The position numbers were made by a program, and so were the translations under genes. A model generated the notes under the pieces. The model did no database searches. It was not told the DNA's origin and saw nothing but the letters and a program-made list of their open reading frames with translations. From contig RQSC01000011.1 of NCBI GenBank assembly GCA_013416795.1, forward strand, positions 50,721 to 114,720: a DNA stretch of 64,000 bases, given 5' to 3'. The stretch is from Prasinococcaceae sp. CCMP 1430 (taxonomy: Eukaryota; Plantae; Prasinodermophyta). Shown piece by piece: positions 40,337 through 52,008 of this stretch (positions within the stretch are counted from its first letter, which is position 1; each line of letters opens with the position of its first letter).

Positions 40337-42287
40337 ATGGTGGGCCCCGCAGCAGAACCTAGAGCTAGGCCGCGCGCCGCCCGCGCCTCGGTCTCGGCTT
40401 CTGCCGAAGCTGCAACGCGAGTCACGGCGCGTTCGGCGGATGCCGCCGAAGGAGCGCGCTCTGCGGCATGGGGAGCGGTGACGGCGCTCGGTGGCGTGCG
40501 CGCGAGGGCCGCGCACGCGCTCGGCAGCGGCTCGCGCGGCGTAGCACGGAGTGCGGCGCTGAGGCCGTTCGCTTCTGCCGCGGCCGCCAGCGGCGGCATC
40601 ACGACGGCCGCGCATGGCCCGATTCCGGGCTCGCCGCAGGCGGAGTACGATCGCCGCATCACCGATGGTACCATCGAGGGCGGCGACGCCGAACAGGCGC
40701 GCACGGTTCGCGCGCTCGAGGACCTCTGGGAGCGCATGGAGGGGGCCGTGCCCGGCTGGGGAGCCGTGCAGGCAGGCAGCGCGGACGACGGCGGCAGCGC
40801 TGGTGGTGGCGGCGGCGGCGGCGGGGCAGGGACCGCGGGCGAGGGCGAGGGTGGTGGGGATGGCGCGGCAGAGCATGCGTCCAACTCCCCTGGGCGCGCG
40901 CTTGTGCAGGAGGAGGCTCGCCCTGTGTCCATGTGGGAATCGCTCTTTAGCGGTGGCGGCGGCGCGGGCGCCGGGGGCGAAAGCTCGCTCTTCGGCAGCG
41001 GCGGCGCACATGTGCGCGGTCTGTACCTCTGGTCGCGGTCGCCCGGCACCGGCAAGACCATGCTGATGGACATGTTCTTTGACGCCGTGCCGCTGGCCGC
41101 CAAGCGCCGCGTGCACTTCCATGACTTCATGCTGGACGTGCACGGGCGCACGCACCGTGTGGGTTCTGTTGCCGACCCGCTCGCGACCGTTGCTGACGGG
41201 CTCGCCGCCGAGGCTAGGCTACTGTGCCTTGACGAGCTCATGGTTACCGATGTTGCTGATGCAATGATGATAGGCCGGCTGTTCGACGCGCTGTGGGCGC
41301 GCGGTGTGGTGGTGGTAGGCACCTCAAACCGCCACCCCACCGAGCTCTACGAGAATGGCTTGCAGCGCGAGCTCTTCATGCCCTTCATCGACGCGGTGCA
41401 GGAGCGCTGCGTGGTGCACGAGATCGCCAGTGGTACCGATTATCGCCACCGCGCGACGCTTTCTAGCGCGTCGACGTACTTTGTCGGCGAAGATGAGCAC
41501 GAGCGCCTGAAGGAGCGCGTGAGACTTACGTCGGGGGAGCCGTGTGTGCTTGAGCCCGACGAGGTTGCCGTGCAAATGGGAAGGACGATCAAAGTCCCGC
41601 GGGCGGCTAAGCTCAATCGAGCGGCGCTCTTCCGCTACGACGAGCTCTGCGGCGAGCCCGTGGGCGCGGCTGACTTCCTTGGTCTGCTCAAAGCGTACCC
41701 CACGCTGGCGCTGAGCGGTGTGCCGATATTTGACGCTGGCAACAAGCATACCGCCTACCGCTTCGTCACGCTGGTTGACGTCGCGTACGACCAGCGCGCC
41801 AAGCTGCTCATTGGCGCTGCGGGCACACCCCTTGAGCTGTTTGAGAACGTTGTCACGGTGAGCCAAGCGCGGCGTCCGTCGTATCCTGCCCCCCTCGTCC
41901 CGTTCGCGTCGCTCCCCTCTGTCTGGTCAGCGCGCGCACACACACATACACACGTGCTGACGTCGCGTACGCACAGGTGAAGGAGGCCAGGGAGACTGCG
42001 ACGTCGGGTGAGACGCCGAACCCCTACCAAGGTGCGCGCGACAGCGCTCCTCTCGCTCGCGAGCGTCGCGTCAGATTGGCAGCACATGCCGATGATGCTG
42101 AACGCGGCTGACTCTCGTCTCCTCGCCGCGCCCTGCAGTCGTCGACGACAACCTGGGCTTCGCCAAGGAGCGGACCATCAGCCGCCTCACCGAGATGCAG
42201 ACCAAGGAGTACATCCTCACGACCAAAGCCATGGCGCACGAGCACCTCAAGGAGACAAGGGAAACAAAGCGGAGGAGGGCCATTTGA
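40337..42287 (+). CDS. AFG1: AFG1/ZapE-like AAA+ ATPase (mitochondrial); exons 40337-41857, 41977-42031 and 42139-42287
   Basis: GLYLWSRSPGTGKTMLMDMFF, RVHFHDFM, LCLDELMVTDVADAM, TSNR, DYR; spliced C-terminus VDDNLGFAKERTISRLTEMQ. Confidence 0.92.
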
Positions 42288-42458
42288 TGCCCTCGTGGGC
42301 TGCGTGCGCTCACGCCTCTCTCTCCTGTATGCAATGTAATATTCATCCCTGCCATTCCGCGCACGCGCGCCGGTGGCGCGAGCACCGCTGGCTTTCTCGA
42401 GCGCCTACAGCGCGCGTGCACTGCTTGCACTGTGGTCCGAAGGCACGTTACAACCAGA

Positions 42459-45406
42459 TTACTCTACCCACAAACTGACGGCGTTGTCCACACCGGCCGT
42501 GAAGAGCCACGGTTGCCGCGGGTGGAAGGCGCATGCGAGCACACCCTCGCCCTTGTTGGTCGCGTGGCCACGCAGTACGCGCAGCGGTACGATGAGCGCG
42601 CTCTGCAGGAGATCGTCGAATACGCGCCCGTGGAGTACGTGCGCGGCGCCATCGTCCGCGCAGCTCGCGAGCAGTGGCAGGCGGGGGTGGAATGCAACGC
42701 TGCGCACGCCTCCCGAGTGCGCACGAAGCGCTTTGTACGGCTTGGTGCTCAGGTCCATGTCGAACCAAGACACACGCGAGTCGACCGTGCCAACCACGAG
42801 GTTGTCACCGCCGGGATGCACCGCCATGCAGCTCACGCCCGAGCTGCCAGGCATGAGCTTCTTTGCCAGACTCTGCTTGAGAAGGTTGTAGCAGCGCACG
42901 TGGTGTTGCGTGGCCACGAACAAGAAGGGCTTGCTCGGGTGAAAGCACGCGGCGGACACGCGGCCCTTGTTCTTGCGGAAGGGGTTTTGCGACGAGCGCC
43001 GCGAGAGCTGGTGCACCAGCACGCTCGCAGACGCGCCCGCAGGCGCTGTGTGGACGAAGTAGTCGCCGCGAAAGTGCCAAGCCACGCTTGACACTGCGTG
43101 CTTGCAGCGTACGCGGATCGCGGCGTAGCGGTCGGCGCCACCGCCGCTTCCGTCGCCCTCGCCGCTGCTTGGGTCCGCTGCGCCGCTGCATCCCTCGGGG
43201 AGACCCTCTTCCCAGCTACAAAGGCCACCCTTCTCACCTCCGGCGTCCTCGTCAGCCCCGCCATCGCCCGCCCCCAGCAGCTCCGCAGCCTCTGCGCGAG
43301 CCTCTGCGGGACCCGTTTCGGTGGCCAGCAGGAAGACGCTCGCGCCCACGCCGACGGCCAGCACGGGCAGCCGAGGGTTCCACGCGAGGCACGTGCAGAC
43401 GTCGCTGAATGCATCCACTGTGGCCAGCCTCCACGCGTGCACGCAGCGCGCGGTGGACACCTCGAACACCCGCACCACGCCCGCACGGTCGCACGACGCT
43501 AGCCATTGGCCCGTGGAGTCCGCGCCGAGCGCGGACACTGGCGCCGCGTGCCCCTCGTACACCATGCCGCTCTGGCACGGAAAAGGGCGCAGCTCGCGTG
43601 GCTTGGGAAGCTTTGGGAGCAGGTCCTTCGGGTCCATGTGAATCCTGGACTTGCGCTTCCGGTGGCATAGGTAAAGGTCCAGGCAGCGCTCGAAGCGTTC
43701 GTGGATGAATTGGCCGTACGCGGGCACATGGCGGAGCGAGCCGAAGCGCTGCGGCACGTAGTCTGGGCGATCGTCATCGTCGACGAGCTGCAGCGCCGCG
43801 CGCTCCTCCTCGGTGGGCAGATACTCGTCCGGCGGATTGTAGCTCTCCTCGTGCCCGGGGAGCTTGGCCTTTGGAGCTGGGATGTACGCGAGGCCTGCAG
43901 ACGGTTCGCGCGAGCAGTCGCGGGCATTGTCAGGGTCAGCGCGCCGGCACATGGGCTCGACGGCGGCGGCGAGGGTGTTGCACGCGCCAGCAGCATAAGA
44001 TGTCGCGATAATTGGAGGCCCCTGGCCGGTGCTCGCCCAGCACAGTCCTCTTGATGAGGGCCGCGAGGACGCATGCCAGATGCACCATGACAACGCGGTA
44101 TTCTCTTTGACAGATCCCTTAATGGCGGCGGCAGGGAAGACCCCCGCCGCACGAGCGGGCCACTGCGGCTGCCCGGCCACTTACACTCACTGTCCGAAAG
44201 GCATGCGCGCGCGCGCGCGCCCCGCCAAAGAGCCCGCGCAGGTGCGCCCCCGCAACAGAGCGCGCACGAAATCGAGCGAGGAGGAGAGGCAGAAGCGATG
44301 GGCGGCTGGGGCTGGTGCCGCGCAACGCAAAAGGGCGCGCTCGCAGGCGCGCGCGCGCGCCGCATACCGTTCGCTGCCCGCGTGGTCTCCTCGTCGCCGC
44401 CCTCGTCCCAGATGAGGTAAGGTCCGCGCGGCTTCTCCGCCTCCTTCTTCTCATTCTTGATCCAGCCGTGGCGAAGCGCGCGCACGAGCTTGACGACCTT
44501 CTGCGCCTCCCACTTGGACGGGATGAAGCGCCGTTTCGGCTCCGGCGCGCTTGACAGCGGCCCGCCTTCGTAGTGGAACGTGTCCTCCCATTCAGGGTAG
44601 GGGTCGACCTCGGCGTGCGGCATGGCGCCCTTGCGTATGCGCTGGATCATGCCAATCTCCTCGCGGCTGAGCACGATGTGCTCGTCGTTCTTCTCGTCGT
44701 AGAGCGTGCGCCAGGCAGAGGGGTCCGCCGAGCGCGCGACGAGTGCGTCCATCGCGTCCGGGTTGCCCTCGCGCCGCTTGATGCGCTCGCCGTGCTCGTC
44801 GTAGCCGATGTGTTCCTCGTCACGATACCACGCCATCGGCACGCCCCCCACGCGGTTGCGGTCGATGTGCTCGTCCTCGCTCGAGTCGGTCCCAGGATCG
44901 GACTCACGCTCGGACTCGTCTCCGCTCCTCGCGTCGCCCTCCCCATCGCTGCTGTCACCGTCGCCCTCGCCCTCGCCCTCGCCGCCGCCCGCCAGCCGCC
45001 GCTGGCGCTCCACGACGTAGTCCACGATTGCCTCCGACACGCGCGGGTCCTCGTCGTCTTCCTCATCGTCTTCGTCAGACTCGTCGCCCTCGGACTCGTC
45101 GTCGGCGTCCTCGTCCGCCTCCGCCCCGCCCACGCCGTCGCTCCCCTCCTCATCGCCGTCGCTGTCGTCCCCCTCGCTGTCGCTCCCCTCGGGGAACTCG
45201 AGCTGCTCGACGGCCGCGTCGACTGCCGCGTTGCGCTCGCCGTCGGATTCGGCGTCGGACTCGCTCACGTCGCCCAGGTCGGACGCGCCCACCGCGACGC
45301 CCGCGTTCCCCCTCGCGCGCGCTGCGCCCGCCCGCCCGCGCGCGGGCGCCTCCGCGGCCTTGTCCTTGCCCTTGCCCTTGACGAGAGGCCCACTGAGGAG
45401 CGTCAT
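42459..45406 (-). CDS. BOP1: Ribosome-biogenesis protein BOP1/Erb1 (BOP1NT plus WD40); exons 45406-44368 and 43894-42459
   Basis: NRVGGVPMAWYRDEEHIGYD, PEPKRRFIPSKWEAQKV, LPGHEESYNPPDEYLP, FIHERFERCLDLYLC, WD40 repeats ending FHPRQPWLFTAG. Confidence 0.95.
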
Positions 45407-46042
45407 GGCGGCGGCTCGCGAACCCGCGGCCGGGGGGCGCGCGCCCCCGCCCGGGTCTGCGCGGGCCTTCCCCGGGTCTCTCCCCTCGACATCCCGCTCG
45501 AACCGGAATCACCCTCCGCTCATCCGGATTCGACCACAGCCCGTACAGAAGGCACGCGTGTGCGACGCACCGACGCATCGACGCGGACGCGGTTCCGCAC
45601 CCAGGGGAAAAGGAGGAACAAAAAAAAAAAAAAAGGGAGCGGCGGCGCCTGTCGCGTCGGGTCTCTCCCTGCCCTCGCGGGCGAGTTCGCGCGCCGTTTC
45701 CGCGCGCGGCGTCCGTTTTTTTTTTACGGTTTCGGAAGCGCGTGTTTCCGCGGCGGGCGCGGGCGCGGGCGCGGCGCGGCGTCACGCGGGTGCGTTTTGA
45801 TTGCGAATTGCGTCCCCGGGGCTCGGCGAACGCGCGCTTCGTCGCGTTTCGGACGCGACTCGGGAAAAAATGTAAAAAAAAGGAGGGGAAAAAAAGGCGC
45901 CGACCGGCCGGCCGAGCCGCCGCGGCGGCGGCGGTGGCGGTGGATGTCGGTGATCTTCTTGCCGGTGAGCTCCTCGAGCTCGGCGATGATTCGCGCCCCT
46001 CGCCGGCCGGGGCCCGCCGACGTCGCAGCGGGCGCGCTCGCG

Positions 46043-47670
46043 ATGGGGGGCACCGACGGCGCGGGCAAGGCCAAGGGCGGCCGGCTCGGCAGCGTCAAGG
46101 GATCGGCGCCGTTCGGGCTCAAGGTGTCCGCCGCGGCGCTCTCGGCCGCCAAGGAGAAGGAAAAGAGGATCGCGGCGGAGGGCGGCGCCGCGGGTGGCGA
46201 CGCAGCCGCCGGAGCCAAGCAAGAGAAGAAGTTCAAGGTGCGGCCGCGGCGAGCAGGGCGCTGTTTTCCGGCGCGAGCGCACAGGCGCGCCACCGCCTGC
46301 GCTCTCCCTGCGCGCGCCCGCGCCCCGGCGCCGCCGCCACCCGCCGCTGACAGCTCGCTTCCGACTCGCGCGACTCGCGCGCGCCCACAGCCCATCGCGC
46401 GCGCGCAGCGCCGCCCCGCGCCCGCCAAGGCACGGAAGGAAGCCGAAGAGCGCAAGGAAGCCGAGCGGGCAGCCGCGGCCGCTGCCTTGGCGGACGCGGG
46501 CGGCTCCAATCCCCTCGGCGGCGGCGCGGCTCCGGGCGCGCGCGGTGCCGGCAAGCAAGCGCGCACGACCTACCAGCAGCCCAAGTTCGGCCTGCCGACG
46601 GCGCGCGTGCAAAAGTATGCGACCCAAAGCGGTGGCGGGAGCGGGGGTGGAGGAGGCGGGGGGGGCGGGGGCGGCGGGGGCGGTCGAGGGGGGGGTGCCA
46701 GTGGCGTGGCCAAGGCCAGGGCGGCCGCCGGTGGCGACAGCAGCGACGAGGAGATCGTTGAGCGGAAGCCAAAGGCGGCGGCGAGCGCATCATCAGCTCG
46801 TGCGAAGAAGGAGCGCGAGCGGGAAAAGGCGCTCACGTACGATCCGGTATTCGTCCACATGCTCAAAGATGAGGCGAAGGCGGCCGAGGCCGAGCAGACA
46901 AGGTGAGCGAGCGCGAGCGTCCGCTAGTCCGCGTGGGCGTCAGCGAAGAGGACGCGCCTGCGAGCACGAGCGCGCGTGTGCCGAGGCGCACTGCGCGGCC
47001 GTGCCGATAGCACGTGCTGATAGACACCTCATGCACCGCCTCATCGCGCCTCGCCTCGGGCAGGGACACGACCGTCGATACAAAGGCCGGCATCGTGCGC
47101 GGCGACGACGCTGCGTTGCCCGAGGTCCAGGCGCCACTGCAGCTGCCACTGCGGCCCGAGGTGCAGGCTGTGCCGCAGGATGCCGAGATGGCGCCCTTGT
47201 CTTTGGGCGCCATGCGCGATGCCGACCAGGGCAGGACGGCGGAGGTGCTTGCCGTCGCGGACGCAATGGACATCGATGGTGACTGTGCTGAGGCCAAGAT
47301 GCTCTTAATGCAGTTCCCAAAAGTCCTGCCGTTCAACAAACCATCGCGAGACGACGACGACAAGGCGTGCGTGGTACTTTCAGACGACGAGGATGATGAG
47401 GATCGCGAGTACCTTCCCGCGGAGCTATGCGACTTGCCCCCAGGCACCCAGGTGGGCAAGCTGCTTGTTTACGACGACGGCAGTGTCCGCATGGAGATGG
47501 GTGGCACGGCAGTGCCCTTTGATATTAGCGCGACGGATGATGTGGCCTTCGCCGAGGACTTTGTCGACGTAGACGCCGACGAGGGGACCGCAACGTTCCT
47601 CGGCTGCGTCAAGGGTCGCGCCGTGGCCACTCCGGTTGTCCGCGAGCTGCTCAAGCAACAAGCGCGCTAG
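46043..47670 (+). CDS. RPC4: RNA polymerase III subunit RPC4/C53; exons 46043-46237, 46391-46902 and 47064-47670
   Basis: EKKFKP..R N-terminal motif; C-terminal LLMQFPKVLP...LPPGTQVGKLLVYDDGSVRMEMG...F...LG.V..RAVATP. Canonical introns keep the frame. Confidence 0.85.
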
Positions 47671-47834
47671 CTGGTGAGCCGGCTGGCGCAGCAGCGTCGA
47701 AAAGCAGCAACTCGTCGCACACAATACACATAATGAAACAGGCGCCTAAAAGATGGCCGCTTTACACAGCTTGCGTCGGCCACAGCGCTCGTCACCTGTC
47801 GCTCAGCATCGATGGTCTGCCAGGCGTGAGAGTG

Positions 47835-49811
47835 CTACGACAGCGCCGGCATCTTCCTGTACTTGACGCGAGTGGGGTCGGCGTTTCCATTGCGCTTCCT
47901 CAGGTCGGCGGCGTAGTCGCTGAAATTGCCCTCCCGGAAGACGATGGAGCCATCGTCCTCGTACGCGAGGATGTGCGTCGCTACGCGATCGAGGAAGTAA
48001 CGGTCGTGGCTCACGCACAGCACGCTCCCCGAGAATCCATTAATGGCGCCCTCGAGCGCGCGCAGGGTGTCGGTGTCGAGGTCGTTCGTGGGCTCGTCGA
48101 GCATTAGCAGGTTTCCCGGGTTGCGCAGGGCGCGGGCGAGCTGCAGCCGGTTCCTCTCTCCTCCCGACAGGTCCTTGACCTTCTTGGACTGCGACGCGCC
48201 CTTGAAATTGAACCAGCTGCAGTACGCGCGTGACGACACGTCCCGCTCGCCGATGTCGAGCGTCTCGATGCCGTCGCTCAGCATCTCGTACACGGTGAGC
48301 TCGTCGTCCAGCTCTTCGCGCGACTGGTCGACGTACATCGGCACGACAGTCTCCCCAACCTTCAGCTCGCCGGCATCCACGGTCTCCTCGCCAATGATGC
48401 AGCGAAACAAGGTCGACTTGCCTGCCCCGTTACCGCCAACGATGCCGACGATGGCGCCCGGGGGCACGTCCAGGTCGAGGTCTTCGATGAGGCAGCGGTC
48501 ATCGTACCCCTTAGTGACTCCCTTTGCCTGCACCACGATGTCACCCAGCCGCGGACCGATGGGAATGGTGATCTGATCGAGGGAGGCCTCACGCGCGAGC
48601 GACTTCGCCTCGCGCTCGAGCTCCTCCATGCGACCCACGCGGGCCTTGCCCTTCTTCTGCTGGCCCTTGGCCGACGACCTGCTCCACTCCAGCTCCTCGG
48701 CGATCTGCTTCTGCAGCGCCGCCTGCTTCTGCTTTCCGGACTCGAGGCGCGCCTGCTTGGATTCGAGCCACGCGCTGTAGTTGCCCTCGAAGGGGATCCC
48801 CTTGCCGCCGTCCATTTCGAGGATCCAGCCGCACGTGTTGTCGAGGAAGGAGCGGTCGTGAGTGATGGCCACCACGGTCCCCCTAAATTCGTAGAGGAAC
48901 CTCTCCAGCCACGCCACGCTGATTGCGTCGAGGTGGTTGGTCGGCTCGTCCAGCAGGAGCACGTCCGGGTTGGACAGCAGCAGGCGGCAGATGGCGACGC
49001 GCCTGCGCTCGCCTCCGCTGAGGTTCTCGACCTTGGCATCTGGCGGCGGGCAGCGGAGCGCGTCCATCGCGCGCTCGAGCTGGTTGTCCACCTCCCAGCC
49101 GTTGCACGCGTCGATCTTCGACTGGAGGTCATCCATGCGCGACATCAAAGCGTCCATGTCCGCGTCGGGATCGCCCATTTGGAGGCCGACCTTCTCAAAG
49201 TCCTCCAGCATCTGCTTGATCTCCTTAACGGCAGGCTCGATGTTGGACAGCACGGTGTCACCGTCGTTGAGCTCCGGCTCCTGCGGCAGGTAGCCAATCT
49301 TGATGTTGTTGTCGACGAAGTAGTCGCCCTCGTACGCGTCATCCTCGCCGGCCATGATGCGCAGCAGCGTGCTCTTGCCAGCGCCGTTGACGCCGAGCAC
49401 GCCGATCTTGGCGCCCAGGTACATCGATAGCGACACGTCCTTGATGATGGGCGTGCCGTTGCTGGCCGTCTTCGACACGCGCCCGAAGGACAGGATGGTC
49501 TTGCGCGTCTCCTGGTCGTACGCGGCGCCCTCGGACACCTGGCTCTTCTTCTTCTTCTTCGCCTGGCAGCGCGGCGCGCACCGCCGCGCCCGCGCCCGCG
49601 CCGGCGCAGCGGCTGCCGCCGCCGGAATACTTCGAGGCCCTCTCCAGCGCTGCCGAGGTCGCCGAGAGAGAGGCCGTGCACACCCCGCGCGTGTGTGTGG
49701 CACGCGCCCGCGCGCGCAGCGAGGGCTTAGCGCGATCCGCAGGCCGCGATGAGCTGGCGCCGGCACTCCGCCTCCGCCCCGGGACGAGAGGGTCCGGAAC
49801 AAGCCATTCAT
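47835..49811 (-). CDS. ettA: ABC-F energy-dependent translational throttle EttA/ChvD, with a transit-peptide-like N-terminus
   Basis: GAKIGVLGVNGAGKSTLL, two LSGGE(R) signatures, LLDEPTNHLD/NDLD, EELEW...KGQQKKGKAR linker, no TM segments. Confidence 0.92.
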   Translation of the reverse strand: MNGLFRTLSSRGGGGVPAPAHRGLRIALSPRCARGRVPHTRAGCARPLSRRPRQRWRGPRSIPAAAAAAPARARARRCAPRCQAKKKKKSQVSEGAAYDQETRKTILSFGRVSKTASNGTPIIKDVSLSMYLGAKIGVLGVNGAGKSTLLRIMAGEDDAYEGDYFVDNNIKIGYLPQEPELNDGDTVLSNIEPAVKEIKQMLEDFEKVGLQMGDPDADMDALMSRMDDLQSKIDACNGWEVDNQLERAMDALRCPPPDAKVENLSGGERRRVAICRLLLSNPDVLLLDEPTNHLDAISVAWLERFLYEFRGTVVAITHDRSFLDNTCGWILEMDGGKGIPFEGNYSAWLESKQARLESGKQKQAALQKQIAEELEWSRSSAKGQQKKGKARVGRMEELEREAKSLAREASLDQITIPIGPRLGDIVVQAKGVTKGYDDRCLIEDLDLDVPPGAIVGIVGGNGAGKSTLFRCIIGEETVDAGELKVGETVVPMYVDQSREELDDELTVYEMLSDGIETLDIGERDVSSRAYCSWFNFKGASQSKKVKDLSGGERNRLQLARALRNPGNLLMLDEPTNDLDTDTLRALEGAINGFSGSVLCVSHDRYFLDRVATHILAYEDDGSIVFREGNFSDYAADLRKRNGNADPTRVKYRKMPALS

Positions 49812-49846
49812 GGATTCATTTTGATTAGGTCTTCCGGGGTAGAAGG

Positions 49847-49855
49847 TTAGGGTTT
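49847..49855. promoter_or_regulatory. Telo-box-like motif (TTAGGGTTT) between EttA and the ANK-LRR gene
   Basis: Exact reverse telo-box in a divergent intergenic region. Confidence 0.4.
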
Positions 49856-50099
49856 TTCGTCATTCATACTCGCCCGTGGGTATTTTATACATCTTTACAT
49901 GAATACTGTCGACGTGCGGACGGGTTCTCGTGAGGCCGCTGCTGCTGCTGCGCGAGGCGCAGCCAGCCGCCGGCGGCAGCGGGGGCCGCGGCGGGAAGGG
50001 GGGGCGGCGGCAGCGGGGCGACGCGCTTGCCCCCCGCCACACACACACAGACTTCCCGGGCCACACTGCGCGCGCGGGGCGCGCTCCCAGGCGGCCGCC

Positions 50100-51842
50100 A
50101 TGGCGCCGTCCAAGTCGAACCAGAGCGCCGCGCAGAAGCGCGAGGCGTTCTTTGGCTCGATCAACAAGGAGAAGGTGCGCGAGTGAGAGGACACGCGCGC
50201 GGGAGACTGGGGGGGGGGGGGGGGGGGAGAGAAGGGAGCAGGGGGCCGGGGAGCGCTGCGGCCGCCCCCGCGCGCTGTGGCACCGCTAACGCGCAGCTGG
50301 CGCGCGGCCGCCGCTGCGACCGCAGCTCGACACGCTGCGGTGGTCGGTGCGTCATGGCGGGCTCACGCCAGCGACGCGCGACGCGCACTCGCGCACGGCG
50401 CTCATGCTCGCCGCGGCAGGCAAGCCGCGCGCGCTGCGCGAGCTGCTCGAGGCGGTGCGCTACTCGAGCGCCATCGACCGCCGAGAGATGCTCGACGCGC
50501 GCGACGACGATGGCCGCACGGCGCTCATGGTCGCCGCTAACGTCGGCGCATTCGAGTGCGTCGAGCTGCTGCGCGAGGCCGGCGCGAACGTCGGCGCGAA
50601 GGACGAGCGTGGCCGCGACGCCCGCTACTACGCGGCAGCTAAGGTGGCGGCGCCGGGCGCGCGCTCGCAGGCCGCGCGCGCCGAGGAGAAGAAGGTGGTC
50701 GACCTTCTGGACGGCAAGCTCGACGAGGAGAGCGAGGAGGAAGAACAGGAGGAGGACGTGCCCGACGACGGCCTCACGTCCACGCAGCGCAACAAGCTCA
50801 AGAAGAAGCTGCTCAGGGAGCAGGAGAACAAGGGCGCGGCTGCGGCGGAGGCGCAGAAGAAGGCGGCGAGCGGTGGCGACGATGGCGGCGATGAGGGAGC
50901 GGAGGGCGACGCAGCGGAGGAGGATGCTCCGAAAGAGCCCCCTGCCGAACCCAAGTGGGAGGAGATCGCGCAAGCGCTCGCGAGCGGGAAGAAGGAGATC
51001 AAGTGCCTGCGCGCGGGCGACGTCGAGGACGACGAGGGAGTGCCCGCAGGCCAGTGCGACGCCGCGCTGTGGCGCTGCACGTCCGCCAATCGCGTGGAGC
51101 TCAAGGTACGCAAGCCTTCGCGCTCGCGCGGACCCGCGCCAGCGCGCACTGCGATCGCATCTCCACACGCCACAACTCCTGCGCACACTCACACCGCGCG
51201 CCTGACGAAACCCCACCGCGCGCACGCTCCGCACAGTGCGGCCTCGCTGGCGATGGCAGCGCGCTGGCGGGCATCGCCGCGCTCACCGGCCTCACCACGC
51301 TCGTGCTCTCAGGAAATGCGCTCACAGGAATTCCAGCCGCCATCGGTAAGCTCAAGGCGCTCAAGACGTTCGAGTGCGAGGCCAACGGCCTCACGACGCT
51401 GCCGGACGAGATGAAGAAGCTCAAAGCGCTTGAGGTGCTGCGCTTGCAGCGCAACAAGCTGGCCAGTCTTGCGTCGCTGTCCAAGTTGACCAATCTTGTG
51501 GTCCTTGACGCGAGCTTCAATGCGCTGGCCACACTGGACTTCGACCTCTCCAACAAGACGCGCCTCGGCACGCTGCTGCTCAAGGGCAATGAGCTCACCG
51601 AGCTGCCTGAGGACGCAGGTGATCTGGAGGCGCTGCAGTCGCTCAACGTTAGCGACAACAAGCTCACCGAGCTGCCGGCGTCTATGGGTGGCCTCGAGAA
51701 GAAGCTCAAGGAGATTGTGTGCGACGGCAATGAGTTCGCCGACCCCAAGCTCCGAAAGCTCGTCGGCGGCAAGGTCAAAGATATCCTCAAGTACCTGCAG
51801 AAGGCGGGCAGCGGCAAGGGCAAGGGTAAGAAGAAAAAGTAA
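50100..51842 (+). CDS. Ankyrin-repeat, acidic-linker, leucine-rich-repeat protein; exons 50100-50174, 50326-51105 and 51237-51842
   Basis: DDDGRTALMVAANVGAFECVELLREAGANVGAKD ankyrin repeats; LxxLxLxxNxL repeats; canonical introns in phase 0. Confidence 0.8.
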
Positions 51843-52008
51843 AATTCCCTGACGTGGTTGCATCACTGCACGCGGCATCGCACACCGCTGCGCGGCGGGC
51901 GGCGCGCGTGTTCTCTGGTAGTGCGAGCAAGTGCAACGACGTGCCACACCGAGCAGGTAGCCCGCTCGCACCGCGCGCTTCCCCGGTAGCCCACTCCTTC
52001 TTCACCTA

